Positions 24,501 through 38,618 are shown, counted from the first letter of the stretch. The stretch: DNA of 64,000 bases from Vicugna vicugna (GCA_013265495.1 MU058824.1:2011111-2075110); one strand, 5' to 3'. Notes: generated by a model not told the origin, from the sequence alone. Program-made: numbers and translations.

Positions 24501-25149
24501 TCACTCCCAGCTGTGTCCCTTCCTGCTAAATAACTTCTCAATTTCCCACCAAATGGGGACAACCACCACCAGAGGGCAGTAGTGAGGACCACATGAGCTG
24601 AGGCGTGGGAGACCCCCTAACCGCCCAGAACTGCCTGCCCAGGTTCTTTCTCTTCCCAGACACTTAGGGAGAAAGGAGTCTCATTTCTGAGCCCTTGCTC
24701 CCTGGCCTTCTTCCACTGCCTGTGGCCTGGGGGGACCTTCCCTGTCCTCATGCCTCATCTCGATAGTCTGTATCTGTCACCAGCCTTATCTCCTCCTCAC
24801 CCCACACCCCAGTTAAGACAATAGGTCTATGATGTCTCTCCTTCCTCCTCTCACTCTTAACTTCCAAGGATCTCCAAAACTTTCAGAACTTTCATTTTCT
24901 TCCTCATATTGTCCTTGGGAATAGCAATCATTTACAGGGTTTCAAGGTCTGTGTCCTTGGTGGTGACTCTCAGATATTCATCACCAACTCTGACTGCTCT
25001 CCTGGTTGCCTGCTTAGCTCACTAGCATCTCTAAAAACAACCCCAGTACATCAGAACCCACCCCCCCATCAGCCTAGTCTCAACCGTGTGATACTGCCAA
25101 CCCGAGGCCAACCAGATTGATCCAGACATGTGTCAAAGGATAATTTTCT

Positions 25150-25620
25150 GACCAATAAGCACATGAAAAGATGCTCAACATCATTAACCATCAGGAAAAT
25201 GCAAATCAAAGCCACAGTGAGAGCCCACCAAATACTCACTAGGATGTCTAGAATCCGAAGGACATAAAAACAAGGGTATGGAGAGATGGAACCCTCATAC
25301 AGTGCTGATGGGATATAAAATGGTACAGCCGCTTTGGGACACAGCCTGGCAGTTCTTCAAAAGGCTAAACATAGCATTACCATATGACCCAGCAATTCCA
25401 CTCCTAGATACATTCCCAAGAGAAATAAAGTGTCCACACAAAAATTTGTGCACAAATATTCATAATAATATTATTTATAATAGCCAAAAAGTGGAAACCA
25501 CCTGAATGTCCATCAACTGATCAATGGATAAAATAGAATAATAGCTACCCAGTGGAATATTACTTAGTAATAAAAAGGAATGAACCACTGATTCATGCTA
25601 CAACATGGATGAACCTGACA
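25150..25620 (+). mobile_element. Old LINE-1 (L1MB-like) fragment
   Basis: CCAATAAGCACATGAAAAGATGCTCAACATCATTA...CCATATGACCCAGCAATTCCACTCCTAG; degenerate ORF2 peptide LPYDPAIPLL. Confidence 0.85.
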
Positions 25621-26506
25621 TTGGAACCTTGTCACAGGAATTTTCAATAGTTGAAGCTTTCAACAGTATTCAACTGAGATAAATTGTGGAGAAGAGAGGT
25701 TGGGGGCTAGGGGAGCCATGATAGATTATATCAATTATTTGCAAGACTCCATTTAAAAAGCTAAATTAGATTTTTTTCCCCCTCTGCAGCTCTGTGGGGC
25801 AAAATTAGAGCCAAGAGTGTTATAGGAAATTGGGTAAATAAGAGCTTTTGAAGAAGACTGCTTATCAAATTAACAACACCCATGATAATAAAAAATAAAG
25901 CTGCCTTACTATTCTAGAGACAAAGAACTTTGTTTTTCTAAGGTGGAAAATACATTGCCTTATAAAGAGTGAGCTCCCCATCCCTGAGGTATCCAACAAG
26001 TCAGGCAGGCATGTTGCTGAGGGGTTTCCAGCATCAGCAGATGGAGTTGACTACATGAGATGTGGTTTCTTGCAGCCTGGAGAGCCCGGATTGCTCTGCA
26101 TTTTGGAAGTTTCCATCGGTATCTGAAGATACGACTTTGTTATCTCCAGATTGGTGGGTTCTGATTTTGGGACTCTAGATTCCCTTGAATTGATTTGTCT
26201 CACCTACTGTCATTTTAGCCCTCTGCTCATCAAAATAAAATAATTTTTCCCAGTTCCAAGTTCAAAGGGGGATGATATAATTAATGTGAATTAATATAGT
26301 TTGGAACAGCAATATAGTATGGGGTAATTTAAGTGAGATCACAAAATAGGAGATGGCAAATCAGGGTCTGACTCTCCTCTCCAAACCTGAGTCCCCAGGT
26401 CCCCCTTTTAATCACATTGCTTATATGTCCAAATACACAACTGTGGGGGCTTATAAGCACCTGACTGCCATTCTCTGCCCAGAGGTTTTCACAATTCACT
26501 TGCTTG

Positions 26507-26890
26507 TGTGATGAGCTGAATTGTGTCACACCCCACCCCAATGCATATGTTAAAGTCCTTAATGCCCAGTACCTCGGGATGTAACCTCACTTAGAAATAA
26601 GGTCCTTGCAGATGTAATTAGTTAAGATGAGGTCATGAGGGTGGGCCCTAATCCAAGATGACTATTGTCCTTATAAAAAGGGGAAATTTGGACACAGAGG
26701 CATACAGAACAACTCCAAGTAAAGAGACACAGGGAGAAGATGGCCAATTACAAGCAGATCCTTCCCCCACAGACCCCAGGGGGAACCAGCCCTCTTCACT
26801 CCCTCACCTTGGGCTTCTAGCCTCCAGAACCGAGACAATGAATTTCTGTTGTTTAAGCCACCAGTCTATGATGCTTTGTTACCTAATACA
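26507..26890 (+). mobile_element. MaLR solo LTR (MLT1A/B-like)
   Basis: TGTGATGAGCTGAATTGTGTC ... GCAGATGTAATTAGTTAAGATGAGGTCAT ... AATTTCTGTTGTTTAAGCCACC ... CTAATACA. Confidence 0.85.
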
Positions 26891-29800
26891 CTTGAGGAAA
26901 TGTCATTGAGGAAATGTGCACCGAGTGCCAGTGTGTGAGGCATAGCAAAGGCGTTCAGACCCATGGCCCAGAGCACTCACTCCCTAGCAGGGGAGGCTAG
27001 ACAGGGAGCAGAGCAGCCAGCACCAGGGCGGTGAGATCGAGTCATCAAAGTCATTGAATGAGGAATCCAGGGAGGGAAGTTTCTTGCCTGCTGGAATGCC
27101 TTACTCTGCATTCTGGGGCCTTGCAAGTCACCTCGAGCCTCAATTCCCTTATTTGAAAGATAGGGTCAGAATGCTCACACTGCACAGAATCCACACACAT
27201 CCTTTGAACAAGATGATGGATATGAGCTATGCAAACTGTAGCATGCCGTGGACACACTGGAGGCCATCATTCTTTTGGCAGAAGTGGGGCTCAGGATGGG
27301 TCAGCCTTGGAACCGGTCAGGCCCGACCTTGGCAGAGTGGCTGCAGGTAGGATTTGGACAGGTAGCTGTAGAGGCACCAGGTGGCTAAAGAATCGGGAAA
27401 CAAGGGGCTGATGTCCCAGCAGGAGGGGAACCTAAGGGCAGATCAAGGACAAGGCAGGGCCCTGACCCAGCACTGGAATGGACAAAGCCAAGGGCCTGAC
27501 AGGAATTCCCATCCCCAGAGGCTGGCTGGACTCCTGCGGAATACTTGCCTCCCCAGGGTCCTATCACCTACTCCCAAACTCCCTCAGTGCCAGGCCACCC
27601 ACTCTGCTCAGGTGCCTACTGCTCCCCCGCCTGCTGGTGCCGCAGCTCCCAAGTGCACAGCTGTGCAGATCCCCGGCTGCATGTGTGCTAGCCTAGTCTG
27701 CCACTGACAGAATGCAGGCTGTTCCCAGCAATTCTGCACATTACCCTCCCTGAGGGTCCAGCACTTTCACACTCATTAGCTTACCACAGACAGTGTGCAG
27801 GGCCACCAATTTATGAATGGAAAATGGAGTTCTAAGAAGCAAAGAGCCTTTTGCCAGTTAACAGTTGGTACATGGCAGGGCTGCCTCTAACAATGTGAAA
27901 TTATGATTAAGAATGGTAATTGTTTTTATAGAATACTCACTGTTTGCCCGCACCCCTAAAGCATTTCATGGTTCCAATTCTGAAAACTAGCTCTGTTCAG
28001 GGTCTTGTTAGCCAGCATCTAGTTTGCTCCAGACTGAGGAGAAAGAAATAGATCCACTAACTTTCTCATTAGAACAGAGCAAGGAGTCAGAAGCCAGGAA
28101 CCAGAGAGCCCTAGGAGGAGCATTTGGTAAAGAGCAGAAGCCGTGGATTCGAGCAGAGCTAGGTTGGAACCCCAGCCAGGCTGGCCATTTACTGGCTATG
28201 TGACTTTAGTGGGACCTCACTTCTAAATCCTTCAGTTTCCTTCCACTTCTGTAAAATGTGGAATACAGTTTAGCTCATTTCCTACGATTCAGAGCGTTAG
28301 TGCCCCCTAGGGGCAGATACACATTCTGCTCGTGCTAGAGTGAGTCTGTAATGCTACTTTCCAGACTGACTAGTTTAACTAGTAAAACAGATTTACTAGT
28401 ATTCGTATTGCAGTTTTTGGAAGGTACTTCATGCACCATCAGTCTTGGGAGTGCAGTCCTCATCCAGCCTTGTCCAGAATGGCCTCCTCACTCATCTCTT
28501 GCTAATGTCCATCCCTTTCTACTCCATCAGCCTAAGGCATGGCTCTGACATTTTCCACCAGCCCAAAACAAACCCTTACCTACTCCTCAGGAAGACTGGG
28601 GTAACTGGGAATAACAGCATGAATAGCTAACTACTAGCATGTCAGTTGCTGGTTAGAACTGGAGGATAACCCAGATTTGTATAGCTGGATCAGAGCTGCA
28701 AGCTCACCTAAGCTTGGACTCCATATTTTCAGTGGAGGAACTAGATACTCACAGGAGAGAAGTGACTTAGAAGGGTCAGTTTCCAGCTGGTGGCCAGAAC
28801 AGGTCTCTGGATTCTATCTGAGGCTTCCCTCACCATACCTCCACTCTGCTTCCCAAGGGTTGGGGCAGGGCAGTGTTGTAATGAACACACCCACTGGCCT
28901 GGGTCAAGTCCCCTTGATCAGAGTAACTCTAAGGGTCATTTTCTTTTCTCTGTATGCCATTCTGACATCTGTGGGACAAGTTATAAAATACTTGGTGAGA
29001 GATTATGAAGCTGACCTAATTGGCTCTAGAAAGACCTTCTACACTTGCTTCAGTCTTGGTGGTTTTCCTGCAGAGCAACTGTTTGGCAGCTGAAGCTTAA
29101 GTCAGCTGGTAACTAGATTCCCTTTTCGAACTGTCAACACAATGGTGTCATCAGTCTCATTAAAATTGATGTCAGCACAACTTGACAAGGCTGGAGAAAA
29201 GGGAAGGTCATAGCCTAGGGATAAAACCACCTCTATAGTTCTGTCTCACCTTTCTACACTGGGAGGACGGTATAGCCCAAATAGGAATGCCAGAAATGGA
29301 AACCATCGACTCTCATATGACCTAGTTAGAGGAGTCCTGGCAGTGGTGATGTGGAGTGGGGGGGTTAGCATCTTACACAAGATGGTCTTCTGCATTTCCA
29401 TCAGAAGTGTCTGTCAATCTTCAGGGCCTGGATTCCTACAGCAGCAGGAGTAAACTAAAGGTAAGAACAAAGTTGTAAACAGGGCCAAGCTCTTTCACTA
29501 CTTCACCAGGAAACTGTGGACCAGTCCTTGACCCTCTCCTGTGCCTCAGTTTCCCCATATCTACACCAAGCAATGGTTCTAACCCTTTATTTTTAGAAGA
29601 CGAAAGCTTCAAAAGCAATCATGACATTCCAGCATATCACACAGGAACAGAGCAATTGCTCTGGCTGGAGGGGCAGGTGTGTGTGTGCAAGAGACCTCTC
29701 TCCTGGCCCTGCAGGAGCAAACTGGAACCAGTTATCCAGCCCATCAGATTCCACCCAGCTCAGACATTTATAACTTAAAACACTCACTGCAAAAGCTGGA

Positions 29801-31735
29801 AGCAAACCCACTCAATGAAGGTCTCCTTCAGATAGGAGATAATTCTAGAAATATGGTCTGCTGTGACCTCATCACCCAAAAACTTGCTTCTCAAGAACTT
29901 AAAAATAATCTCTACTCAAAAGCAGCTGAGCCTCAAGGCCTTCCCAGAGATCTGAATGTCATAGGCTTCTGGAAAACCTAATTTTAAAACAAGAAGTGCA
30001 TGATAGAAATGAAAAGCTGGTTTAATAAATCCCTAGACATCCTCACTGGCCACTAGTAGGTCAGATGACATTTTATAAAGTGAATGCACAAGAAAGGTCT
30101 GACCTTCAAGGCATGCTGGGATAAGGTCCCAAATCACTGCGCTGGTCTCATCTGCCATTCCTCTCCTCTCCTTCATTCTCTAGTCAAACTTGCCTATTTG
30201 AATCTAAATGTACACAACTCCCTACCTCTGACATCTGTCCATCACGTTCCTCCCTCCTTTCTCCATTCCTCTCTCTAAACCCTACTCATATTTACATGTG
30301 TAGCTCAAATACTTTCCTTTCTAGGAAACTCTCCTAAACCTCCCAGCTGGAAGCCACCTCTGAATTACCCTAACACTTACTGGACCTCTTGTTCTAGATC
30401 TTGGTAAATATCACCTGTGTCTCCTCTACTAGTTCCTAGGAGCACCCAAGGGCTGACTTGTCTGTCCCAACCCCTTCTACCTTGCCTGGCCAAGCAGCTG
30501 AGCCTGGCATGTGCTAGGTGCTTGGTAGCTACTGGAATGTTCTGTAAACTTAAAAAATCAGAAAAAATGTTCACCCAAAGTTACTGTTTGGTATTTGACA
30601 ATATATGCAAAACCTAAGGACACCTATGTTACAAAGATTTATAATATGTAAGGTTTGCCAAATAGCCTTGATGAAGCCTTATGGTTGGGGAAAATATTAT
30701 GTTAAGCCAGAGATCAAATTCAATTTTCTCAAATTTCATTTGCAAAAAGCAAACTCCATTTTAAAGCCTAGAGGAGACTAACTTCAAAGCACACAATGTG
30801 GGGGCTACCTTGACACTATATAAACTATTTCTAGATATAAATTCAGATTAGGTTCCAATTTTTAACACTAGTTTTACATGTATAAAAACCCGATTCTGGT
30901 AGCTTAGAGCTCAGTTACCAAAACAACCGTCAACCTTCCATTCCAAAAATTGACAACACAGTCACACATCTATTAAATTGTTGACCCACTGCATACAGAT
31001 TGCAGAATATCTATCTGATCCCTCCCCTAAATCCCTTTAAGTTCTGTAAGAATAGAGCAAATTTCCATTTTCTGCAAAAGCTGAGCTGACTTCAGACAGT
31101 GCCTACCTGCTCCCTGGCAAAGCTTTTCACATGTCATTCCCCCTCAGCATGCCTGTCCTGAAAACAAACCATACTCTGTTCAACTGTCAGTCAAATGCTA
31201 CATGTTTCAGCCTTGGTGCAAAGCTCATTTGTTTCTTCAGACCTTCCTGTCAGCAAGGGTCACAGATGATCAGTGCTGCAAGACTTCAGAAGCCATCTGG
31301 TCACACCCCCTCAATTTTATAGGCTGGGAGGTAAACCATAGGTCAACACAAGGTCACAAAGGAAATCAGTGGCAGAGCCAGAACTAGAATTCAGATCTCC
31401 CGGGACTCAGGGCAGGGCCTTTTCCTTTATCCTACCCTCATTTCTTTAATTTGTCTATTATTTGAATCTAACAGTATTTTTACTGGCGTTCATGGGCTCC
31501 AGGACACTGAATTTCAAACACTATTTTTCAAAAGTCTACTTCATTTATTTCCACAATCAAGAATGAGGATTAGATTTAAATGCTCAAAGATCTCACATAT
31601 TGTGTATTTCCCCTCAACAATCTCTAAAATAAAAATGCCAAAGAAACCAGTTCTTTAGGGTGTTTTAACACAGGCTTACAAAGTCTTAATTTACAAATGT
31701 AAGCATACAACTAGGCTTTACCAAAGAGGAACGTG

Positions 31736-31741
31736 TTTATT
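31736..31741 (-). terminator. ANP32B: ANP32B candidate distal polyadenylation signal AATAAA
   Basis: Second AATAAA ~120 nt downstream of the first on the minus strand. Confidence 0.5.
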
Positions 31742-31856
31742 TCACTTAATTCTTAAAAATATTTTTTGGCAGTTGTCACATAAAATGTCCTAGTGTAAAA
31801 AAATTTCATTAAAAAGAAAAGAAAAGCATGAAAAAACAGACCCAAAATGTTAAGAT

Positions 31857-31862
31857 TTTATT
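31857..31862 (-). terminator. ANP32B: ANP32B proximal polyadenylation signal AATAAA
   Basis: AATAAA ~365 nt after the stop, followed by a T/GT-rich downstream tract (TTTTGGGTCTGTTTTTTCATGCTTTTCTTTTC). Confidence 0.75.
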
Positions 31863-32225
31863 TACAAAGCTTCTTTGTTGTACAGAAAGTAAAAATGCTG
31901 TTACAATCTCAGCGTGACTGGGAGCCACAGACGGGTGACTCACCACTCACAGCTATCCAGGCTACAGCAAGAGTCTTACACAAAACCTAACAACGCTTAC
32001 AATTTTGTTGGGGTAAGTCCCAAAGCTTGGTGGTGGATTTCCAAGAGGGACTAAGTGGAGGAAGGCGGAATGTCACAGGAACTATTCTTTGGCTCTTTGG
32101 GTGGGTGGGTGTCCTGGGGTTTGTATCACAGCTACCTTTTTTTTTTTTTTTTAAAACAGCTACCAAATCCATATGAGCAGTCCAACCAATACTGAACAGT
32201 TCTTTTTTGCAGGTTATTTGGGGTC

Positions 32226-32293
32226 TTAATCATCTTCTCCTTCATCATCTGTTTCTCTCTTCCTCTTTTCACCTTTCCCGCTTTCTTCCTCCT
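32226..32293 (-). CDS. ANP32B: ANP32B coding exon 7 (68 nt incl. TAA), with KRKR nuclear localisation signal
   Basis: (E)EEESGKGEKRKRETDDEGEDD*; acceptor GTACAG|AG; stop TAA at 32228..32226. The seven exons total 786 nt. Confidence 0.96.
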
Positions 32294-32634
32294 CTGTACA
32301 ATAGCAAAAATTCACTTTAAAACAACTGGAAATGCATTCACTTTGCCTAAGTTATTGCTAATGGAGGTAACAACAATGAATTTTTTAACGGTTGGGAGAT
32401 TTAAAAAATGATGTAAGCTTGATCAGATGGACAAGTTGTTAATTAAGAAGTATTAATTTGAAGGAGCATAAAATAGTGACTACAGAACCAAGAAGGGCAC
32501 AATGCACAGCAGCGTCTCAAATCATAGCCAAGTCAAGTCCGTTTTCTCAATTTTAAATCGCCGTCACGTTTCTTAGTTTTCTTATACTTGTTGGTCCCAA
32601 CAATTAGACATTAGCAGTTACTAAAACGCACAGC

Positions 32635-32805
32635 AAGGACTCTGGAGTTAGCTAGACTATTTTTGAGCCAAGCTCACTGACAAGTGATCTTGGCAGGCCA
32701 CTTAAACCGCTTTAAGCCTGTTTCCTCGTTTGTAAAATGGGTACAATGGCACTGACTCTATAGGGTTATTCTGAGGATTAAAAGTATTTAGCCTAGAACA
32801 TGGCA
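32635..32805 (+). mobile_element. MIR SINE
   Basis: GTGATCTTGGCAGGCCACTTAA...GCCTGTTTCCTCGTTTGTAAAATGGG...TAGGGTTATTCTGAGGATTAAA. Confidence 0.72.
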
Positions 32806-33525
32806 AGACTCAGCCAGTTTATATTAAATAAAAAGATTTCTTAGACTTCTTAGATATTTGAGACACAGAGGCCTATGCATCATTCTGTTTTTTCAACTAG
32901 TAAAAACTCTTGGCTATTTTAATGAAATTAACTAAACCTGCATTGAAGTGTGTTCCAGAATGCTCCTTGAAGGCAGAAATCAGAGCCTAACCATCACTAT
33001 ATCCAATGTAAATTTAGTCCTGTGCAGATGCTGAAAGTATGAACCAGTGGAAAGCACAGCAAACAACCTGGTACTCTGACGTACATAAGCGTTAGAATCT
33101 GTACTTTTGACAAGTAATAAATAAATGTTTCACTAGTTTTGGTTGTGGTGAGAAAAGGAGTAACATTAATAAAATTGGAAAGGTGCTATTTATATATCTG
33201 GAAAAATTACGATCCAATTAAGAATTTTTTAAATGAAAAAATTCCAAACAGAAATCTCATGCCTGACAGTAACCAAAATGATGGGGTCTAAAAAAACGTG
33301 TGGGGACTGAGGGCAGGCTTCCCACCCTCATGTAGGTATTATTAATTCTTGTAGAGCCAGGGGGCTGAACCAGCACAGATGCACTGATGTGGCTATACAA
33401 GTGCCTGTGAAGACCATGAGGGTCAAAGGCATTTTATTTTCTTCTCAGTGGTTTCAAATTCTAAATTAACGGAATTTCCGCCTGATTTTTAACTGAGGGG
33501 GACCATAGTACAGGCTTTAACCCAC

Positions 33526-33601
33526 CTTCATCCTCATCTTCATCTTCATCCTCATCATCTTCATCTTCATCAACTTCTCCATCCTGTCCAAATTCTTCTT
33601 C
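33526..33601 (-). CDS. ANP32B: ANP32B coding exon 6 (76 nt), acidic region; absent from the ORF track
   Basis: Manual translation EEEFGQDGEVDEDEDDEDEDEDEDE; acceptor CCATAG|GAA, donor AAG|GTGGGT; ends phase 1. Confidence 0.93.
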
Positions 33602-34469
33602 CTATGGAATGGTAAATAGCATACCACTATTAGATTAAGTCTGCTCAGTTGAGGAGTACAAAGAAAAATGATGATTGTCAATACATGTAACAGTCCACCA
33701 GGAACAAACTGTAAGTTTATTTTTACCTACTTTAATATACTGAGAACTGTTGGTTTTTCTTAAATAAGCTTAATTTAAAATCTTCTTAAAAAGCTTCTTT
33801 CACAAACTTAATTTCATTAGACCTATGAAATTACACAAATCCTCAGCCTTATGTTTGTACTACAAAAGAACATGCTTTTTGGATGACATCTATTTTCTTG
33901 GCCTGTTTTCACAAATCCCCTTTAGGGTCAAAGTTAACTCACTCCTCTCTCCTGTCCTTCTATGGCATTCAGCTCCTCAGAGATACTGTATTACCGTGTG
34001 TCCCATAAACTAGACTACTTGTTCTTTCAGAGTAGGACCACATTTTTATTCAACTTTGTATCCTCAATTCTTTAACATAGCAGGCACATGTGTATTTACT
34101 GCATTAAGCTGGATATACAAGAAAGTTCAGACTTGGTAAATATACCCTTCCCAACAAAGAGATGGACATACCATTGTTCTCAATGTTTCCAGTTTTCTCA
34201 TCCTGCTGACTGAATACTAAACTCGCTGATGCCTCCCAAAGTTAAAGGGTCAAAACTTACTCTGCAGAGCCAAGCACTGTCTAGTAGGCATTCAATAAGT
34301 ACTCCGTTTAGTATTTACTAAAAGGGGGCAAGAGCTAAATTAATCAGACAGAAATCCATCTATTTATGAGTACCTTAACTTCTTCAAAAGGCTTTTCTTT
34401 TCCTTTAAAAAAAAATCCACTTTTATTTTAACTGCAAATAGGAAACAGGTCAGCAAGATTTGCACTGAC

Positions 34470-34594
34470 CTCCCCACTGACTTCATCTTCATCCTCTTCC
34501 CCTTCTACATCTTCATCTTCGTCTTCATCTTCTTCATCATCAAACTCTTCCTCCTCACCATCCTCATCCTCCTCCTTGTCCTCATCTTCTCCTT
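34470..34594 (-). CDS. ANP32B: ANP32B coding exon 5 (125 nt), low-complexity acidic region; absent from the ORF track
   Basis: Manual translation (E)GEDEDKEEDEDGEEEEFDDEEDEDEDEDVEGEEDEDEVSGE; acceptor TTTCAG|AA, donor GAG|GTCAGT. Confidence 0.93.
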
Positions 34595-35000
34595 CTGAAA
34601 ATAGTCCAAAACGAATTCATTAAATACCCTGTGTGCCCCACAAGGCACACCTGCTAAGGTTGTGGAGCTTTGGGTTGGTCCACAGGACAGTGCTGGGCTA
34701 CACTGTCAGGAGAAAGCACAAACCACAGCGACCTTCTTTCTCTCACACTGCTGCAGCTCAGTCCCTTTATCTCGAGTCTCATAAAACCTGGAGGCCAGGA
34801 ATCCTGGTGGACTAGGTGTACCATAATACTTACCGATGAAATGATACAACCTCTACAATTTGCTTCAAAATAAGGAAGGGGGGAAGTGTGTATGTTTAAA
34901 TAAGATCAGCCATGACACAGTAATTGTTGAAACTCGGTAATGCGAACATGAAAGTTGGTTTTACTGGTATTTCTACCACTGTCTATATTTGAAATTTTCC

Positions 35001-35040
35001 AAGGAAGGAAGGAAAGGAAAGGAAAGAAAAGAAGGAAGAA
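35001..35040. repeat. Purine-rich (GGAA/GGAAA)n simple repeat
   Basis: AAGGAAGGAAGGAAAGGAAAGGAAAGAAAAGAAGGAAGAA. Confidence 0.8.
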
Positions 35041-36911
35041 CACCCCTCTCAGACAAAAAACCAAAATAACCTAAGAATACCAACCATTTTCTCTGGGTTA
35101 AGGGTACCACTACAAACCAGCTGTGCAAATCAAAAACCTGAGTAACAGCCATAATAACCCCACGATGGGGATGACGGTGGGCGTGGGGACAGGGGAGGCA
35201 GCCAGGCCAGCTGAAAGGTACTGTGTCTCTCCTCCGGTTGGTGCAGGCCTCTAGTCAAGCAGTTCTCTCTCCTGGTCCTGGAGCTTGCTGTGCTCGCTCC
35301 TACCTCCTGGACTCTGCGCACTCTTCCCTGCCTTTTCTGCATGGCTAACACTGACTCAACCTTTGATTCTCAGTTAAACATCACTTCCTCAGGCTGACTT
35401 GCCAAACCCCCTAATCTCAGCTCTATGTTCCCACATGACGACGTGATGCTTCTCCATTACCACACACTTTGCTCACTTGTGATTATTTATTTAGTTATGA
35501 TTATTTAACATTTTCCTTCTTAGTAGACAGTAGCTTCAAGGGGACAGGAACTATGTCTATTTTTTCTTTTGAAACTACTTTCCACAGAGCCTAGCACATA
35601 TATTTGTTGCCTAATTGATCTCGCTCTCAAGAACTGCCCTCCAACCTCCAAGGGATTTCCTTTATGGGCTCCTGCACACAGGTGGCCTTTCAATCCAATT
35701 TAAGGTGAATGTAAATAAAATAAAAACAAGACTGGTTTTTAAGAAAAACTGAGAACCAGTAGTGAAGGGCATTAAGTGATGTAAACATCTGAAACAAGCT
35801 GAGCTATTCTGTGCCCACTTTACCACCTAACATCCCATCACTTTTCATCCTGTCTGAAATCTGCAGTAATAAAAAACTGTAAAATGCTTCCAGAGTATTG
35901 CCCTATTAACTGCACCCAAGGTGCCTGATGATGCTCTCCACTTTTAAGCATTTCTGTCTTATGAACTTTTATCTTTAAAGAGGTATTAAAAACAATGCTT
36001 CAAGTCCAATAATACTGCAAATTCCAGCAACACCAGGAACTCTGTGAGAATAAATTTTCTTCATGTTGACTTACGTGCAAACTAATTGTTCTGCATTCTC
36101 TAAGCCACTGGAGGTGAGAAGCCTTTTATCCTAAGAATGACTCAGAGTAATCACGTCACTATGCAAGGAAAGCACAAGCTAATCAGGAGGGGTAGTTTGA
36201 GCAGAAAATATACAAAGAGATAATAGAGATAACTGGATGGTAAAACCTTGATTAAGTGTCAAAAATAAAAATTACATTCTAATTCCATGTTATAGCCAGA
36301 GATTATTTCCTTTATTAATGAAAAATGGAATGCAACATATAGTGCTTTAAAATCATTACTTTTAAAACTCTAGTCATATTGAAAGCAGGAAATGTGTATT
36401 TATATTTACTTATAAAAAACATGTACTAAGTACCTCCTAAGTGCTCGGCCCTGTGAATTAAAAGGTAAGAAGATAACCATAGCATACCTGGAAGGGACAA
36501 GAATAGCAGAGAATCACAAGTGCTATGAAAGAGGTAAGCAAGGCAATGCTGTGGCACACACAGGAATCTAACCTAGCTCGCTGGTGTCACCAAATGCTAC
36601 CTGGAAGTGTTGACAAAGCTGACTGTGGGTAAGTAGGTAGTAGCCAAGAAAGGGGAACAGCTAGGTCAAAAGCAAGAGACCTGAGACAATGGTCCTTTTA
36701 AGTAAAAGGTAAACTACAAGTACCGCCATGGGCTGGAGCACAGTCTATGATCTCTAGGCTCTGAGTTCAAGACTAGTTCAAAGCATTTTCCATTTTAAAT
36801 CATTTGAAGACTTCAATGTCCTAAGAGTTCCAAATTTAACAGAATGCCTACATGCACGGCATGGATATAAATTTTTCTGCTCAGTAGCAAGAACATTCAA
36901 TAGCTTTATCA

Positions 36912-37256
<345 letters not shown>

Positions 37257-38454
37257 CTACCTACTCAGCCTTATACATAGGAAAACATTTCAAGTCCTTT
37301 ACAACCTTTACATTAGGTCACTAAAATTTTAACTAGTTCTTCCCTTCTCTACCTTCTCAGATTCTTTTTTTCTTTTGGCAGCATGAGTAGTCTTAAGAAA
37401 TATGAATTTGAAGTATTTATTAAAATTGGATCTTTTCACAGTATGAGACAAATCAGAGAGTTTAATAAATCTGATTCAAAACTAAACTTTAATGTTTCAG
37501 TAATCAAATGACCAATAAGAACTTGCTGGGTTATCAAGCAGTTAAGTCTTCAAAGCTCTGAGGTGGTAGTATATGACTGACTGCAATCTATTCAAATGTC
37601 AAGATCTTTGCGATTTCTACTTGGGGACATAGATATGAAACACTTGAGAACAGAGTATAGTAAAGCACCAAGTGTGGTGATGCAGATACTTTCTGGGAAG
37701 ACAGGAGTCAATACAGGCTGGGAAAAAGAAGGGGTCTCAGACTTGAAACTTCATAAGTAGAGAAACATTACACTCTTTCCTTCTTTTCTAATTTTTAGGG
37801 AAGATTGACACTATTACCAGAACTTTCTGATGTAAAATTCTTCTGATTTTACCATACCTTAAAAGTTTTGTTACAGTACCTCAATTATTCAGGACCTCAG
37901 TTTCATCTTTCTCTCTTAAAACCTGGCCCAAGAAAAGTTTTCTGAGCAGCCAAAGTGGACAGGAAAGTGTCCATGTATTTTACTCAAATCTTCATTTGTT
38001 ATCACATCAGTGTCCTAGTATTTCAATCCCAGGTCTATTAAGTTTTGATTAAGGGTGAATTAAGAGATGGGGGACAGAGGCAGTATTATAGGCAAGTAAG
38101 GAGATAGCAACAGAAAGTGACAACAGACCCTCACAGGGAGAAGAGGGGGCAAACCTATAAAGAGTAAACACAAAATATGAAGTACCATGTAGCCTGGTGC
38201 CTTTTAGAACAGGCCTGGAAGGCATATGGATATACAGCTTCGTAAGTTTAACTTTTAATGGGTCTGAATCAAGAGAAAAAGCTTGGTATTCTCTAAGAGG
38301 GTGGTACTATAAAAATATTAAGAGGATCTCTATGAAGTAAGTTGCAAAAAATAAACGTTGATGTTTAAAGGCTTTGATGCTTTATTGGGAAGTCTATTTC
38401 AACATTCACGAGAACCTGGGAAGAAACACAGATGAAACAAAGCCGTGTCTTCAG

Positions 38455-38618
38455 GACAAGTTTTCCTGGAACATAGCCACACCTGTTTGTGTATTATGTG
38501 TGGCTTCTTCTGTGGTTCAATGGCAAAGTGCAGTAGTTGTGACAGGGACTGTACAGCCTACAAAGCCTAAAAGACCTACTATTAGGTGGTCCTCTAGAGG
38601 AAAGGGTTGCTGACCCTG
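38455..38618. mobile_element. hAT-Charlie MITE (MER58-like)
   Basis: TGGAACATAGCCACACC ... CAAAGCCTAAAA ... GTTGCTGACCCTG terminal motif. Confidence 0.72.

Noticed and set aside
33526..34594. (TCA/TCT/TCC)n trinucleotide-like repeats
   Set aside because: These are the Asp/Glu codons of ANP32B exons 5-6 read on the opposite strand.
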